This document shows positions 13,644 through 26,420 of a stretch of DNA of 64,000 nt, piece after piece; within the stretch, counting starts at the first letter, position 1; each line of letters opens with the position of its first letter. The position numbers were made by a program, and so were the translations under genes. The notes below the pieces were generated by a model. That model did not search any database. It worked only from the letters and a program-made list of their open reading frames with translations, and was not told the origin of the DNA. The stretch spans positions 238,886,001 to 238,950,000 of the forward strand of contig OZ024740.1 of the NCBI GenBank assembly GCA_964016885.1. Direction: 5' to 3'. Source of the DNA: Eledone cirrhosa. Its lineage: Eukaryota.

Positions 13644-14831
13644 GTAAGTATCCATTATTGTAACATGTTCGTAATGTGAACTTTATATAATTTGATGTTA
13701 TTTCTGTGTGGTTTGTAATTATTAACAGATACTTCTAGGATTTACTGTTTAACCCTTTAGCATTTGCATTACTCTATATTTACTTTTGTATTTTCACAGT
13801 AAAAGCTTTACCTCACATAATTATCATACATGATATGGTATCTATGAGATTTTGGTATTATTTATTTTGGGAACAATACCTTAACATCAGTATAAACATC
13901 CGGTTACAGCCGGTTTGAACAGAAAGAGGTGAGAGAATTCTGGCTGGATATGGCCAGTTTAAATGCTAGGAGGAATCAGACAGGTTTGTTCCTATACAAG
14001 GATCAAGAGAGACAAAAAGATAAACTATTTTATTACCGGGAGAAATAACCTAGAATATTACAAGTGTCAGTTTATTATAGAAAGTGATTATTCATTATCA
14101 ACATCATTGTTTTTATGTCCATTTGCCCAAACCTGCATGGATTGGACGAGATTTTATTTCATGCAGCTTTTCTATGGCTGGATGCCCTTCCTGGTGCTAA
14201 CCTATACTTTATTATTTTAAGTATGGTGTATATTGCTGACATTTGTCAAACTGCTAGGCTGTAGGACATTGTTTTTGAGGAATATACATAAATGTCACTA
14301 CTTTACTTGTTTTCAGTGTGGAGACGCATGCAGCAACTGATACACACACACACACACATATAATAGGCGCTCTGCACAGTCTTCGTCCACGAAACTCACT
14401 CATAAGGCACTGATTAGCCCAAGGCTAAAGCAGAAGACACCTGCCCAAGCACTATGCAGCAAGATCAAGCCCATTTGGTTGTGAAGTAAATTTCGTAACC
14501 ACACAAACTGGCCTGCAATATTAATTTATAATCTTATTAACAATTAATCAACAGCCATAATTGATTCTTCAATAAATTCATTAGCTATAGTTTGTGTTCA
14601 GACCTAAAAAGGGGATGGGTGCTGCCGGGTTTAAAGTGCCCAAACCAATGCATATGTCATGATGGCACTCCTATGACGCCATCAGAAGTTACAGGTCATA
14701 GCTAGTGCAGGCAATGATTTAGGTAAATTGAAGGAAGTTGGACAAAGTATTTTGTTCATGGAAAGTATGTGTATGTCTGTTGTAGGGTTTGAACTTGTAC
14801 TTTATAATTTTTTTGTTTTGTTTTATTTCAG

Positions 14832-15092
14832 AATATAAAAGATAGTTTAGACCCTGTTTCTGAACACCGCAGTTGGTGTCCATGGGTGAACATTGAATCA
14901 TGTGAAACTGCAAAGGTGCTAGAAATGGAACTAAATCTGTTAAATGATGCAATGGAAAATTATACTTCAGGGACCATCTCTCCAAATTCTGGTCAGGATC
15001 CGTCTTCAAAAAAGAAAAAGGTTGCTTGGGTGGAGACTTGTAGTATATTGACAGAATATTTTGGTATCTCTGGTTCCAACAGTTCTGAAAAG
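14832..15092 (+). CDS. ZC3HC1: ZC3HC1 exon, second finger HRxWCPW half
   Basis: Acceptor ttatttcag, SLDPVSEHRSWCPWVN (compare FDP.SQHRDWCPWVN), donor GTAAGC at 15093. Phase 0/0. Confidence 0.94.
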
Positions 15093-16365
15093 GTAAGCCA
15101 TGTCACAAGTGCCAATAAATTGTATTTCATCATCATCATTATCATTTAATGTCTTCTTTCCATGCTTGCATAGGTTAGATGAGCTGCCATGTTATGAAGC
15201 CAGACATGTCTGGTGACAATGCCCTGTTCATATGCACTGTTTTTGGTGGTGCTGGTGGTGGCAGGGGAGCAGTTTGGTGGTAAATTGGCATTTGTTAGAG
15301 CTTAGGACAAAATGCCTTGCAGTATTTGTTCTGGGTCTCTACATTCTGAGTTAATCTTCTGCTATGGTTAAATTTGGTTTTTGTATTTGATAAAATAAAG
15401 TATTAATCCAAGGTGGTCGATTGGCAGAATTGTTAGTGCTATGAACGAGAAGCCTTGTAGTATTTGAGTTCTTTGTTCTACTTGTGTAGCAGACTTAATC
15501 TGTCTCCCAGTTTAACACTGCCACCTGGCACTTAGATGCTTTTAGTAGAGTCCATTCTGTTGGAAGTATTTGAGACAGATCTCCAGTTTAAGGGCACCTA
15601 CCTCTGACCTTGAGGAAACAGTAAATAAATGAATGTAACACAATTAATAAATATGACTGACCTCTAGGCCTTCAGTTAAAATTCTTCTGCAGTTATTCTA
15701 CCATTCCTTTGTGTTAAATTATTCTATTTTACTCTGTCTGAATGTAAACAGTTGCCACTCTAAGCAGTTAAAAGAGCATCCATCTGCTTCAGGAAACATT
15801 ATACAAATGTGAAAAGTTTCATCTAAACTAAGCTAGTATGGTAAAGTAGATATGATAAAGTAGATATGATGTAGCTTTTTTTAAATCTCTGAACACATCA
15901 TAAACTGGCTGTTGCCATAGATGAGTACATTAACTGGAATGTACATCTATATGAAGAGTACTTTTAGTGGCGAGAACTCTTCATTCATGTCAACAGCACA
16001 GCAACCTCTCTAGTGTTGGTAATCTACATTATAAACACACCTGTACACGCTGTAAAGTTGTTGGTGGTAGGAAGGGTATACAGCTGTAGAAAACCTGCAA
16101 AAAAAGTGTTGGGAGACTCTTCAGTAATGTCAAAGACCGCACTAGTGCTGATAAAAGGCACGCAGTAGAATGTGAGATGTAGGCTCTTGGCCCTTCCAAG
16201 CGGTTGGTGGCTTTGCTTCAGTACTGACTCGGTCTGTGAAGACCTGTTCAACCCTTAGTAGCAGAGAGGACAGATGTTAAATTATGATGAAATCAATGTT
16301 AAATCTTGTTGGCTGAGAACTAATTCTGGAGAGAATTTTACTCACAAAGGAATTCTTTTGAGATA

Positions 16366-16882
16366 CTAAGCATAAGAGGAATCAAATGTTGTGTACACGA
16401 GAGGAGATTGCGTTGTTATGGACATTTGATGCGTATGAAGGATGACAGTTGCATAAAAAGGTGCAGAGCACTAAAAGTCAATGGAAGCCTTGGAGTCAGG
16501 AGACCCAAGAAGACCTGGAATGAGGTGATAAAAACTGACCTTGCCCAATTGCACCTCTCAAAGGCGTTGACACCCGACAGAGACCTCTGGCGTTACGCAG
16601 TAATACAGAAGACCCGAGTTCCCACGGGCACAAGCTGAAGCATATAGACAATATGCCCCCACGCCCCTTCCACTGTAAAGTGCTTGTGTAGGTGTCACAA
16701 CAAAAAGCACCCAGTACTCACTGTAAATGAGGTTGGTGTTAGGAAGGGCATCCAGCTGCAGAAACGAGCCAAAATCAGTCCTGTATGAGCAAGACATGGC
16801 CACCTGACCTAGCATTGCTCACAACAGGACAACCAGTCTAACCCATGCTAGTGTGGAGACATTGACGTAAAACGGTGATGAT
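16366..16882 (+). mobile_element. RTE 3' end with UTR and (GAT)n tail
   Basis: RCYGHLMRMKDD...RPKKTW. Homologous to 24540-25090. Confidence 0.9.
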
Positions 16883-18079
16883 GTGAATTAGGTTCTATGT
16901 TTTGGTTTCATAATATTAATATTAGCATCACTGTTATTGATTTAACTGAGGGATCTACATTCATTTGTTCTCTCACATTTATTGCTAACCTACAGTTAAG
17001 CTTTAGTCTTCCTCTGACCTCTTCTACTGTTATAATCACTTTCTACATTAATCATTATTCTCTGCTAACCTCTTCTCTTCTTCTTTAGTTATATCTCTTC
17101 AATATTTCAGATAGAGCATTGATTACCCCAATCTTCAGCAATAAGTTGGTCTACTTTGTTCTCCTTCATGACAATGTGGTTTACTCTGTTCTCCCCCATG
17201 ACAAACTCTGCTCTATTCTATTTCTTGACAGTAATATCCACACTTCTTCCTTTTTTTGGAGGTGTTGTATATATTTATTTTTGAAAGAATTGTTTTAAAT
17301 CACTCTTTCTGTGCTGAAAAGGTGAGGCAGTCAGAAAAATGACTATTAGAGTGAGTTTACAACACAAGTCTATTTTATTGTATGACAGTCAAGAGGGAAA
17401 ATGAATGGGTTGAATTCATAAATACATTTTTGATCAATAGAATTATCTTTTTCATTGTTTGGGAAAGATGAAATATTTGGAAAAGGACCATTTTATGTGT
17501 GATGGCTTTGTTCCTTACATCTTTAATGCTTTGCATTCTTGTATTGTTTCATAGTCTAATATTTTCATTGCAGTTGAGTGTATATATTTGTTGGACTTAT
17601 ATGAAATAAAGTATCTTGCTGAAGGACATAATGCACTCCCGACAATTAAACTGATGACTTTAGGATTGTGAGCTGAATACCTTAACCACAAAGCCATGTG
17701 TTTTTAGACTCACCTGATTAAAGAAACAATTTTTAATACTGTAAATAAACCCTATTGTACAGCTGACCATGTTATTCTTCAGAGAGTACAGTAACATAAC
17801 TTTCTATTGTTCAGTCTTCTGTGTCTGTACATTTTCCAAGCTCTAGGTGTGAATATTTGGTCAACTAGTGTTCAGACTGGAGCTGTGGACCACATTCAAA
17901 AATTTACTACCACTAGAATCTGTGCTATGCCTCTATTTGCTGTATGAAGTCTGCCTACAGCTGCAAGATACTTTACAATGTTTCTCTGCCTCTCTTTGCA
18001 TTCTATACTGTGTGTTTCTATTTCCGCACACTATTCCTATTTTACATTTTTGTCCATTTTCTTTTTATTGTACTTTTAG

Positions 18080-18955
18080 ACCTCCCCATTTTGTCAACTG
18101 CGCCATGTCCGTAACCTACTCAGTATGTGGTCATCCCCCCAACAGCCTCCACCAAAATCAAAGTTTGTTGTAGAACCAACAGTCCCTCCTGCGAAAGACC
18201 CCCAACCACAGAAGTCTTTTCTTTCATCATCTAAATCACAAGATAAAAGCACACCTCCAAAAAAAAGCGTGTCCTTGCAGAAATCACCAGAAGCTACAGC
18301 AATCGTTACACCACAAATGACCAGAACTGCTCAGTTACTTGGCCCTATCATTGCAAAAAAATTTTCTGCTTCAGATACAACTAAAATTAATTTAGATGAA
18401 ATTTTATCTGCTAAATCTGCGGCAGTAGCTGCCTCTAATGCTGTTAACACTGTTATTAAACACACTCCTCCAAATAAAGCAAGTATCTCTCCAACAACTA
18501 AAAACACTCCAGTTGCAGTTAATTCTGTTTTTATGAAAACTGCTCAAGCTGGTAAATCAGCATATTTTGCTGAGACCATTCCAAAAACATCAAATAATAA
18601 AAATCCTACCCAACAAACTGTCAGTTCTGGTGCTGCAGCAACCACTTGCTCTGGATTAAATTCACCAGCTATAGGTGCAAATACTCGTTCAGTTAGTTCC
18701 CACACTCCTGGTTACAGTGGTACTATGGCTACTGCTCGCCATGGACCAAATACATCCAACCTAGGTGCAAATACACGTTCAGCCAATATGAATAGTCCTC
18801 TTCATACTGGTGCTATGACAACTCGGAGTAACAGTGGAACTCCTCTTCGTTTTCCCAACACACATCCTCAGCGAGGTATGATGACCCGAATGGCACAGAA
18901 AGCTCATCAACAGAACTTTCAAAGACAACAACAGAAGTGGCGATGGACTAACTGA
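18080..18955 (+). CDS. ZC3HC1: ZC3HC1 terminal exon with long S/T/P/N/Q-rich extension
   Basis: Acceptor tacttttag at 18071-18079 is in frame with ORF 18125..18955. TSPFCQLRHVRNLLSMW resembles the usual C-terminal helix. Stop TGA, with AATAAA at ~19004. In-window exons sum to 646 aa without a frameshift. Confidence 0.8.
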   Translation, partial: TSPFCQLRHVRNLLSMWSSPQQPPPKSKFVVEPTVPPAKDPQPQKSFLSSSKSQDKSTPPKKSVSLQKSPEATAIVTPQMTRTAQLLGPIIAKKFSASDTTKINLDEILSAKSAAVAASNAVNTVIKHTPPNKASISPTTKNTPVAVNSVFMKTAQAGKSAYFAETIPKTSNNKNPTQQTVSSGAAATTCSGLNSPAIGANTRSVSSHTPGYSGTMATARHGPNTSNLGANTRSANMNSPLHTGAMTTRSNSGTPLRFPNTHPQRGMMTRMAQKAHQQNFQRQQQKWRWTN

Positions 18956-19221
18956 GTCAAACATACTTCATTCTAATTTAATTAGAGATATCTATCATTG
19001 CTAAATAAATTTACCTGTCTAATTATCTCGATTAAACCACCATTCTCTGCTTTCACTGATGTCACATCATTCCTTGTTATCCAGAATCATTGTATACTTT
19101 AAAATTGTTACTTAACCAATTTTAAGATATAAAATTTAATTCTTCATAAATTTTTGTCAATTTTTATTTTTTTTTTTATTTATTGATTTCAAAATTATAA
19201 AAAGATTTATATTTCTTTTTC

Positions 19222-20400
19222 CCTAAAGAAACTAGGTGTTGAGGAATGGCTTGTGAGGACAGTGCAAGCTTTGTACAGAGGTGCTGTCAGTAAAGTGAGG
19301 GTAGGAATGGAGTTTAGTGAGGAATTCCAAATACAAGTAGGAGTACATCAGAGTTCGGTCCTCAGCCGCTCTTGTTCATTATAGTCCTCCAAGCCATAAC
19401 ACTGGAGTTTAAGATTGGCTGCCCATGAGAACTTCTCTATGCTGACGATCTGGTTCTTATAGCAGAATCAGTAGAGGAGCTAGAGAATAAATTCTGGCTA
19501 TGGAAACAGCAGTTGGAATTAAGAGGACTGAGAGTGAACCTAGCTAAGACAAAAGTGTTGATAAGTAGAAGAGAGGACAATACTCTGATTCCATCAGGGA
19601 AATGGCCATGTTCGATATGTAGAAAAGGAACTGGCATAAATTCTATAAAATGTACACAGTGCTGATCTTGGGTACACAAGAGATGTAGTGGGATAACAGG
19701 CAAACTAACAGGTAGGGAAAAATAGGTATGCAGTAAATGTACAGGGAAATTTGACAGTAGAAGTTGCATTGATAGACACATTTTTCAAATGCAGGTGGGT
19801 TTTATAGAAGTGGTTTGATAGCTTCCGGTACCTAGGTGATCAGATTAGCATGGGAGGGGGGTGTTCCGAGGCCATAGTATCTAGAATAAGGACGGGTTGG
19901 AAGCAGTTTAGGGAGCTGTGTCCTCTGTTAACAAAGAAGGGTTTCTCCTTGCATACGAAAGGATGGTTATATGATGCCTGTGTGAGATGCGCGATGCTGC
20001 ATGGTAGTGAGACATGGGCAGCAACTGCAGAGAATATGTGATGGCTGGAGAGAAAAGCAAGCATGCTCCATTGGATGTGCATGAACGACCAATCATAGAC
20101 GAGTTGAGAAAGAAACTGGGTATAAGAGGGATAAGTTGTGGTGTGCAGGAGAGAAGACTGATGATATGGACATGTGATGCGCATGGCGGATGACCACTGG
20201 GTAAAGAAGTGCCAAGAAATGCCAGTTGAAGGAAGACCATGAAAAACATGGGCGGAGGTGGTGAGAGCAGACCTCAGATCGCTGAAGCTCATGGTGTAGA
20301 TGACGAAGGACCATGACAAGTGGAGAGATGCTGTGCTGAATAGGACTCGTCCCACTCTTACAAGCAGGGAAAAGCAGGCATAAAATGATCATTATGATGA
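19222..20400 (+). mobile_element. RTE LINE 3' half, degraded, just downstream of ZC3HC1
   Basis: Close reverse-complement match to ~4990-5990. YADD region at ~19440. Confidence 0.93.
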
Positions 20401-21708
20401 TTTATTTTTTAACCCCAGTTATCATTCCCTTAGAGTAGATTAAGAAATTGAGTTGACAGTTACTCAACCGGTTTAATGCAATTTTTCTAAACTTCACTTA
20501 TTGCTAAAATAATTTAAAAATATTTCCTAAACTTTATCTTTGTGTTTTTCACTATATTTCAGTTAGTTGATTCTCCTACCATCTCAATGTGCCTTTATCC
20601 AACACACATGCTCTTTATTTTAATTCAGGGTTTGATTCTGAGCTTAATTTCCTACACAAGGCCAAAAGTTAAGATATTACCTAGTTATTTATCATGCTTG
20701 ATTCAGTTTGTCTGACTAAGCAAAAAAGATGGATTCCAACAATCTTAACCAATATATATAATTCCTGTAGCATCTAAATTTCATTCTAAACTACTGATAT
20801 GCACTTTAAATCCATAATTGAGCCTATGACCTGGACTGCTAGAGTAAGAAAAGTAGTAAAATCTTTGATAACTTTAAATGAGTAGAAGACCTGCATAACG
20901 TTAATGGAAGATGTGTGAGTAATGTTTAAGCAGTGCTACATTGAATGAAACCATCCATCATTCCATGGTACTATATAACCTATATTGACATGAGGCAAAT
21001 GGGTCTATATTAAGTTTCACTATTTTAATCTCATTAATAATTTTACTTAATCTAAATAGTATTCAGATTTCAAATTTTCCTCAAGATAATTAATTTATGA
21101 ACCCTCACAAAATACTCAGTTATTTCAACAGCTATACATTATTATGTAGAGTGCTATTCAAATCCCACCGAGGTTAACTTTGCCTTTTATCCTTATGGGA
21201 TTGATAAAATAAAGTACCAAAAGTACCAATAATGCACTGGGGTAATTGCTGGCCTTGTGCCAAAAGTAGAAACAATTATTATGTAGAGTGCTATTTAGAT
21301 TGGTTATTTCATTCTCAAGGGTCACTGGACTTTTCTTAATGATTCTTCATTTGTTTCAACTACCATTACCAACATCATCTCCTCCACCACCAAACCTCCC
21401 CAGTTATTGCATTGTCATTCATAATTCAACCTCCAATAAACCCACCCAATGTTATCAAGTGATAAATATATAATAAGAAAAAAAGAAAAAAATTACAAAC
21501 AAATCAATAATCAAATTTATGAAAACAAATAAAAAAATTGATTGGTTTAAGATTGTTAGAATATTTTAAAATAGGTTTATTTCATTCTTATTAGTAATGA
21601 TTGAGGTTTGAGTAAATTGTACAAAATTTATATGTCAAAGTTTAGAACTTACAAAAGTAACATTGTTTGACAGTTTTCACTTTCTGCTGCTATTATTTTT
21701 CAAATAAA

Positions 21709-21898
21709 AGCGGTGGATTGGCAGTATCGGTAGAGGGTCGGACGCCATGCTTTGACGCAAAGAGTTACGTCCCTTTACGATCTGAGTTCAAATCCTGCCG
21801 AGGTTAACTTTGCCTTTCATCTTTACGGGATCGATAAAATAAAGTACCAGTAATGTACTGGGTAATTGCTGACCTTGTGCCAAAAGTAGAAACAATTA
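21709..21898 (+). mobile_element. tRNA-derived SINE with TSD
   Basis: Same family as 9281. TSD attatttttcaaataaa. Confidence 0.9.
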
Positions 21899-22004
21899 TT
21901 TTTCAAATAAATGTGAAATATGTTGATTTGTAAAAAATCACAATAGCAATTTGTGGAAGATATTCTGAGAGTAAAGTAATAATACATTGGGTGTATGTAG
22001 AAAA

Positions 22005-22231
22005 TTAATTGTGTTTTGTCAGGTGAGGAAGAACACATGGTATGTTGCCAACTCTTTTCTCTACTTTAGCAAATGGAGCTATACAGGTAGCATGTTTGTG
22101 TGAAAATATTTCTGGCGGATAACTTGGAAAGTCAATACGATATATTGTGTTATATGTATCAACATCAGTATTCTTCTCTTTTTGCCATTTCTTACTTAAT
22201 GAATCGAGTAGGCCAAATTGTGTTGGGGTTC
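22005..22231 (-). CDS. CFAP107: CFAP107 exon 3 (not in the ORF track)
   Basis: Acceptor ttttctactttcag. GTPTQFGLLDSLSKKWQ...TIYRIDFPSYP...HN* continues the PPTNYGL motif. The three exons total 735 nt, or 244 aa. Confidence 0.88.
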
Positions 22232-23645
22232 CTGAAAGTAGAAAATTTCAACTCTTTTGTTACATATTTTTAATGAAAAACACTACCCATGATTTTCAAT
22301 TAATTTTTGAAATAATCAAAAATTTCTCATTATTGAGCTGGTGTTTAGAGTATAGCTTAAATGTTCTTACATAAAGTTATAGTGGAGGTTTTTAGATAAA
22401 TATAAACACTTTTGTATCAGAATTAAGGGAGCAGCTTCAAAGATTTTGGTATAAAAGGGGTTAATTTGAAGCATTAGAGTTGTTTTATAGTTTCGTTAGA
22501 TCTGGGGTACAAATTGGGAATGTAGAATATCAAAATTCTAATTTAGAAATTCATAGATATATGATTTATTTACTTTATATTGCAATACGTGAACAACTGC
22601 ATTGCTGATTACTGACTTTCAATGATCCAATCCCCACTTTATTGTATCTTTCAAGGAGATGTTACTAGCTTTCCTCACATATTTACATTTTTTGCCAATA
22701 TACACTGGCAAAAAATATACACATATACAATAGACTAGCAAACTGAGGCCATAGCAGAAGATTGTTGTCAAAGTTCTGTGGGATTGAATCTTGAACCAAG
22801 TGATTGCAAAGTGAACTTCTTAATGCCACAACCACCACACTTTGTTTTACCATCCTATCCCTCTATTTCCTCCATTACATTCATATTCATACTGCCTCCT
22901 CTTTCACCCTCTTGATCATCACAGCCTCGGTCACATTTGCTTAGTAATAGTGTAGAGAGGCTTCTATAGTCATATCAAGAACATGACAACCTCTCTAGTG
23001 CAACATTAAAATGTACTAATATACACTGAAAAGTAAAAAACCATGCCAAAAATGGAACATATGAGTGAGACATGGTCCTCTGATCCATCTAGGTCAGAGG
23101 ACCATGTCTCCAAATAAAATCTGCCAGACCAAACCATTATAAAATGCAGTAATCTTAAGACTTTTCTTTCAATTCACTAATCTTGCATGATATGTTTACA
23201 TTGGTTTTGTTTCCGCTAACAAATATTTTCCTTAATAAAGGCTTGAATATCATATTTTGTTTGCGTTTTCTTTTTTTCACTAAGTATGAAGGCTCACTAT
23301 TTGAAGTAGTACTAAATGGAAAGTATATACTTTTCGATTGGGCATTAAGTTGCATAAGTAAAATGGCAACATTAAGAATTGAAACCTTGTCACAGTCTGT
23401 ACACTGAACTGTTGCTATGTAACAAAATCTTGTTTGTTGTTATGCATTTCTTGTGTGTGCCACATTTTCAAACATATGTTGTTCCATTTCATTCAGGGTT
23501 GATCTTTGTTTTATCTCAGTTACAGTATTTAAATCTAGCTTTTGACACTTGACACTGCTGGATTGAGTGGTCCTGTCTAAAGGTGTTGAAATCAGGAAGA
23601 TATCCATAGCCAACTAATGAAAAGAGATTTATGTTATTAGTGTTT

Positions 23646-25090
23646 TCAGAAAACTAGGATAGGAGTAGATGAATGGCATGTGAAAGCTGTACAAGCCAGG
23701 TATAGGGGAACAGTCAGCAAAGTTAGGATTAGCAATGACTATAGCGAGAAATTTAGCGTACAGGTTGGTGTCCACCAGGGCTCTGTTCTTAGCCCTCTCC
23801 TGTTCATCATAGTTCTGCAGGCAATAACGGAGGAGTTTAAGACCAGATGCCTATGGGACCTCACACTTATAGCTGAATCTATGGTAGAACTAGAGAAGAA
23901 ATTCCAAACTTGGAAGCAGGGACTAGAAAGAAAGGGTCACAAAGTCAACCTGACAAAGACTAAGGTCCTTGTAAGTAGACGAGAAAACAGAACCCAGTTC
24001 CCCTCAGGGAAATGGCCTTGCTCAGTATGTAGGAAAGGTGTAGGTAGGAACTCCATTCTCTGCCCCAAATGCAAACAATGGGTACACAAGAGATGTAGCG
24101 GGATCTCAGGAAGCTTAACTAAGAATGTAGGCTTCACATGTCGCAGCTGTGCTGGGACAGCAAGCAGCAAACAGCCACAGGAAACAAGTACCACCAAACT
24201 CTGGGAGGGCTCTGTAGAAACACTAGACAGCTTCTGCTACCTAGATGACCAAATTAGCAGCGGAGGTGGGTGTTCGGAAAGTACAAAAACTAGGGTAAGA
24301 ATGGGATGGAAGAAGTTCAGGGAGCTACTGCCACTGCTAGCTGCAAAAGGCTTTTCCCTCAAAATGAAAGGCAGACTGTATGATGCGTGTATCCGAACAG
24401 CAATGTTACATGTTAGTGAGACCTGGGCGCTGTCTGTGGAAGACTTGTGTAGATTAGAAAGAAACGAAGCCTGCATGCTCCGATGGATGTGTAATAGTAA
24501 CATACGCGAACGGCAAAGCATAAACGAATTGAGAGAGAAACTGAGAATAAGAGGAATCAAATGCTGTGTGCAGGAGAGGCGGTTGCATTGGTATGGACAT
24601 GTGATGCGTATGAAGGATGACAGCTGCTTAAAAAGGTGCAGAGCACTAGAAGTCGATGGAAACCGCGGAGTGGGGAGACCCAAGAAGACCTGGGACGAGG
24701 TGATAAAAGCAGACCTTGCCCAATTGCACATAGGACCGTGACCTCTGGTGTCACACAGCAATACAGAAGACCTGACCCCCCCATGGGTACAAGCCGAAGC
24801 TGAAGCATATATAGCATATAGACAATATGCCCCCACACCCTCCCACTGCAAAAAAGCACCCAGCCCACACTGTAAAGGGAACGTGTAGGCACCACGGAAA
24901 AAAAGCACCCAGCACTCACTGTAAATGAGGTTGGTGTTAGGAAGGGCATCCAGCTGTAGAAATCAAGCCAGAATCAGTTCCCGTATGAGCAAGGCATGGT
25001 CAGCCGACCGGACACTGCCCACAACAGGACAACCCGTCTAGCCCATGCTAGCGTGGAAGAACGGACGTAAAACGGTGATGATGATGATGA
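23646..25090 (+). mobile_element. RTE LINE 3' half in CFAP107 intron 2
   Basis: ORF 23680..24741 has GVHQGSVLSPLLF with the YADD segment deleted, a Cys-rich insertion, and LHWYGHVMRM. (GAT)n tail. Confidence 0.95.
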
Positions 25091-25189
25091 TTCGTTTTTC
25101 TTTATCATCATCCCTACACATTTTTCCAGTCATTGTTCAATTTCTTTAATGTATCATCATCATCATCATCATTATTTTATGTCTTCTTA

Positions 25190-25378
25190 AGGTGGTTGAT
25201 TGGCAGTATCGGTAGAGGGTCGGACGCCATGCTTTCCAGCATAGTTATGTCCCTTTACGATCTGAGTTCAAATCCCGCCGAGGTTGACTTTGCCTTTCAT
25301 CCTTACGGGGTCGATAAAATAAAGTACCAGTAATGCACTGGGTAATTGCTGGCCTTGTGCCTAAAGTAGAAACAATTA
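25190..25378 (+). mobile_element. tRNA-derived SINE with TSD
   Basis: Same family. TSD attattttatgtcttctt. Confidence 0.9.
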
Positions 25379-26380
25379 TTTTATGTCTTCTTTCCATGTT
25401 GGCATGGGTTGAACAGGTTATCATAATCTGAGACTAGACAGGTTAGGAGGACTATGCTTTGTTCATACATTTCATTTTTTGGCATGATTTCTGCAACTGG
25501 AATCCCTTCCTAACGCAAAACGTTTCACAGGGTTTACTGGTTGCTTTTTATTGTAGTACTAGCACCACCAGAGTGGACTGGATCTATTTTATTGTTACAC
25601 CTGCACAACCACTTTACAGAGTATAATGGATGCATTTTATCATAGCATCAGCAATACCATTTCACAAAGTGCACTAGGTGCATTTTATGGCACCAGCACT
25701 TCTACTTTAAAGACTACTGCATACATTTTATTGTGGCATCAACACTACCACTTTACAGTATATAATGGATGCATTTTATCATGGCACTACTACTATCACT
25801 TTAGATTATACTGAGTGCATTTTATTATGGCATCATACATATAGTAATGACTTAATTAAAAAGAAAGAGCAACATCCATGCCCCTTTTCAGGGTCTCAGT
25901 GACTGGTGGGAAGAAATTGTCAGACAGAGAGCTGACCCAAATACTTGCATCAGAGTGGACCCTGCCTAAAGACACCCAATGGTTAGGTGTGAAACCAAAC
26001 AATGGAATAACTCTATTATTCAAGGAGAGAAACAGGAATGATCCGTCTAGCAAAATTCCACATACAAGGCTTTGATCAACTTAAGACCATAATACAAGAA
26101 GTTTACCAAAGGTGCATACATATACACACATATCACAGACCAGTCAGTACTTAAATGAAGCCACTGACCTTCAGGTGGTTTGAGAGCATACATCCTGTTT
26201 ACATACATTCTTGTACTCTATCAATTGGTCCAATGGGTTAGAGATTTGACATATGAACCTATACTCTACTGAGTGCATTTTACCTTGGCACCGTGCAGGC
26301 GAGGCATGGTCTCCCGACCATTCCCACATCAAATGGAACAAAACCGCCTAACCCATGCTAGCATGGAAGATGGACGTTAA

Positions 26381-26420
<40 letters not shown>

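Noticed and set aside
23155-23355. Minus-strand ORF as a possible CFAP107 exon
   Set aside because: No similarity to the protein. The exon at 22231-22005 continues the conserved motif directly and in phase.
25560-25830. Regularly spaced repeats (also 8000-8400 and 27310-27470) resembling a CRISPR array
   Set aside because: Degenerate tandem sub-repeats related to the RTE-tail repeat, no unique spacers, eukaryotic context.
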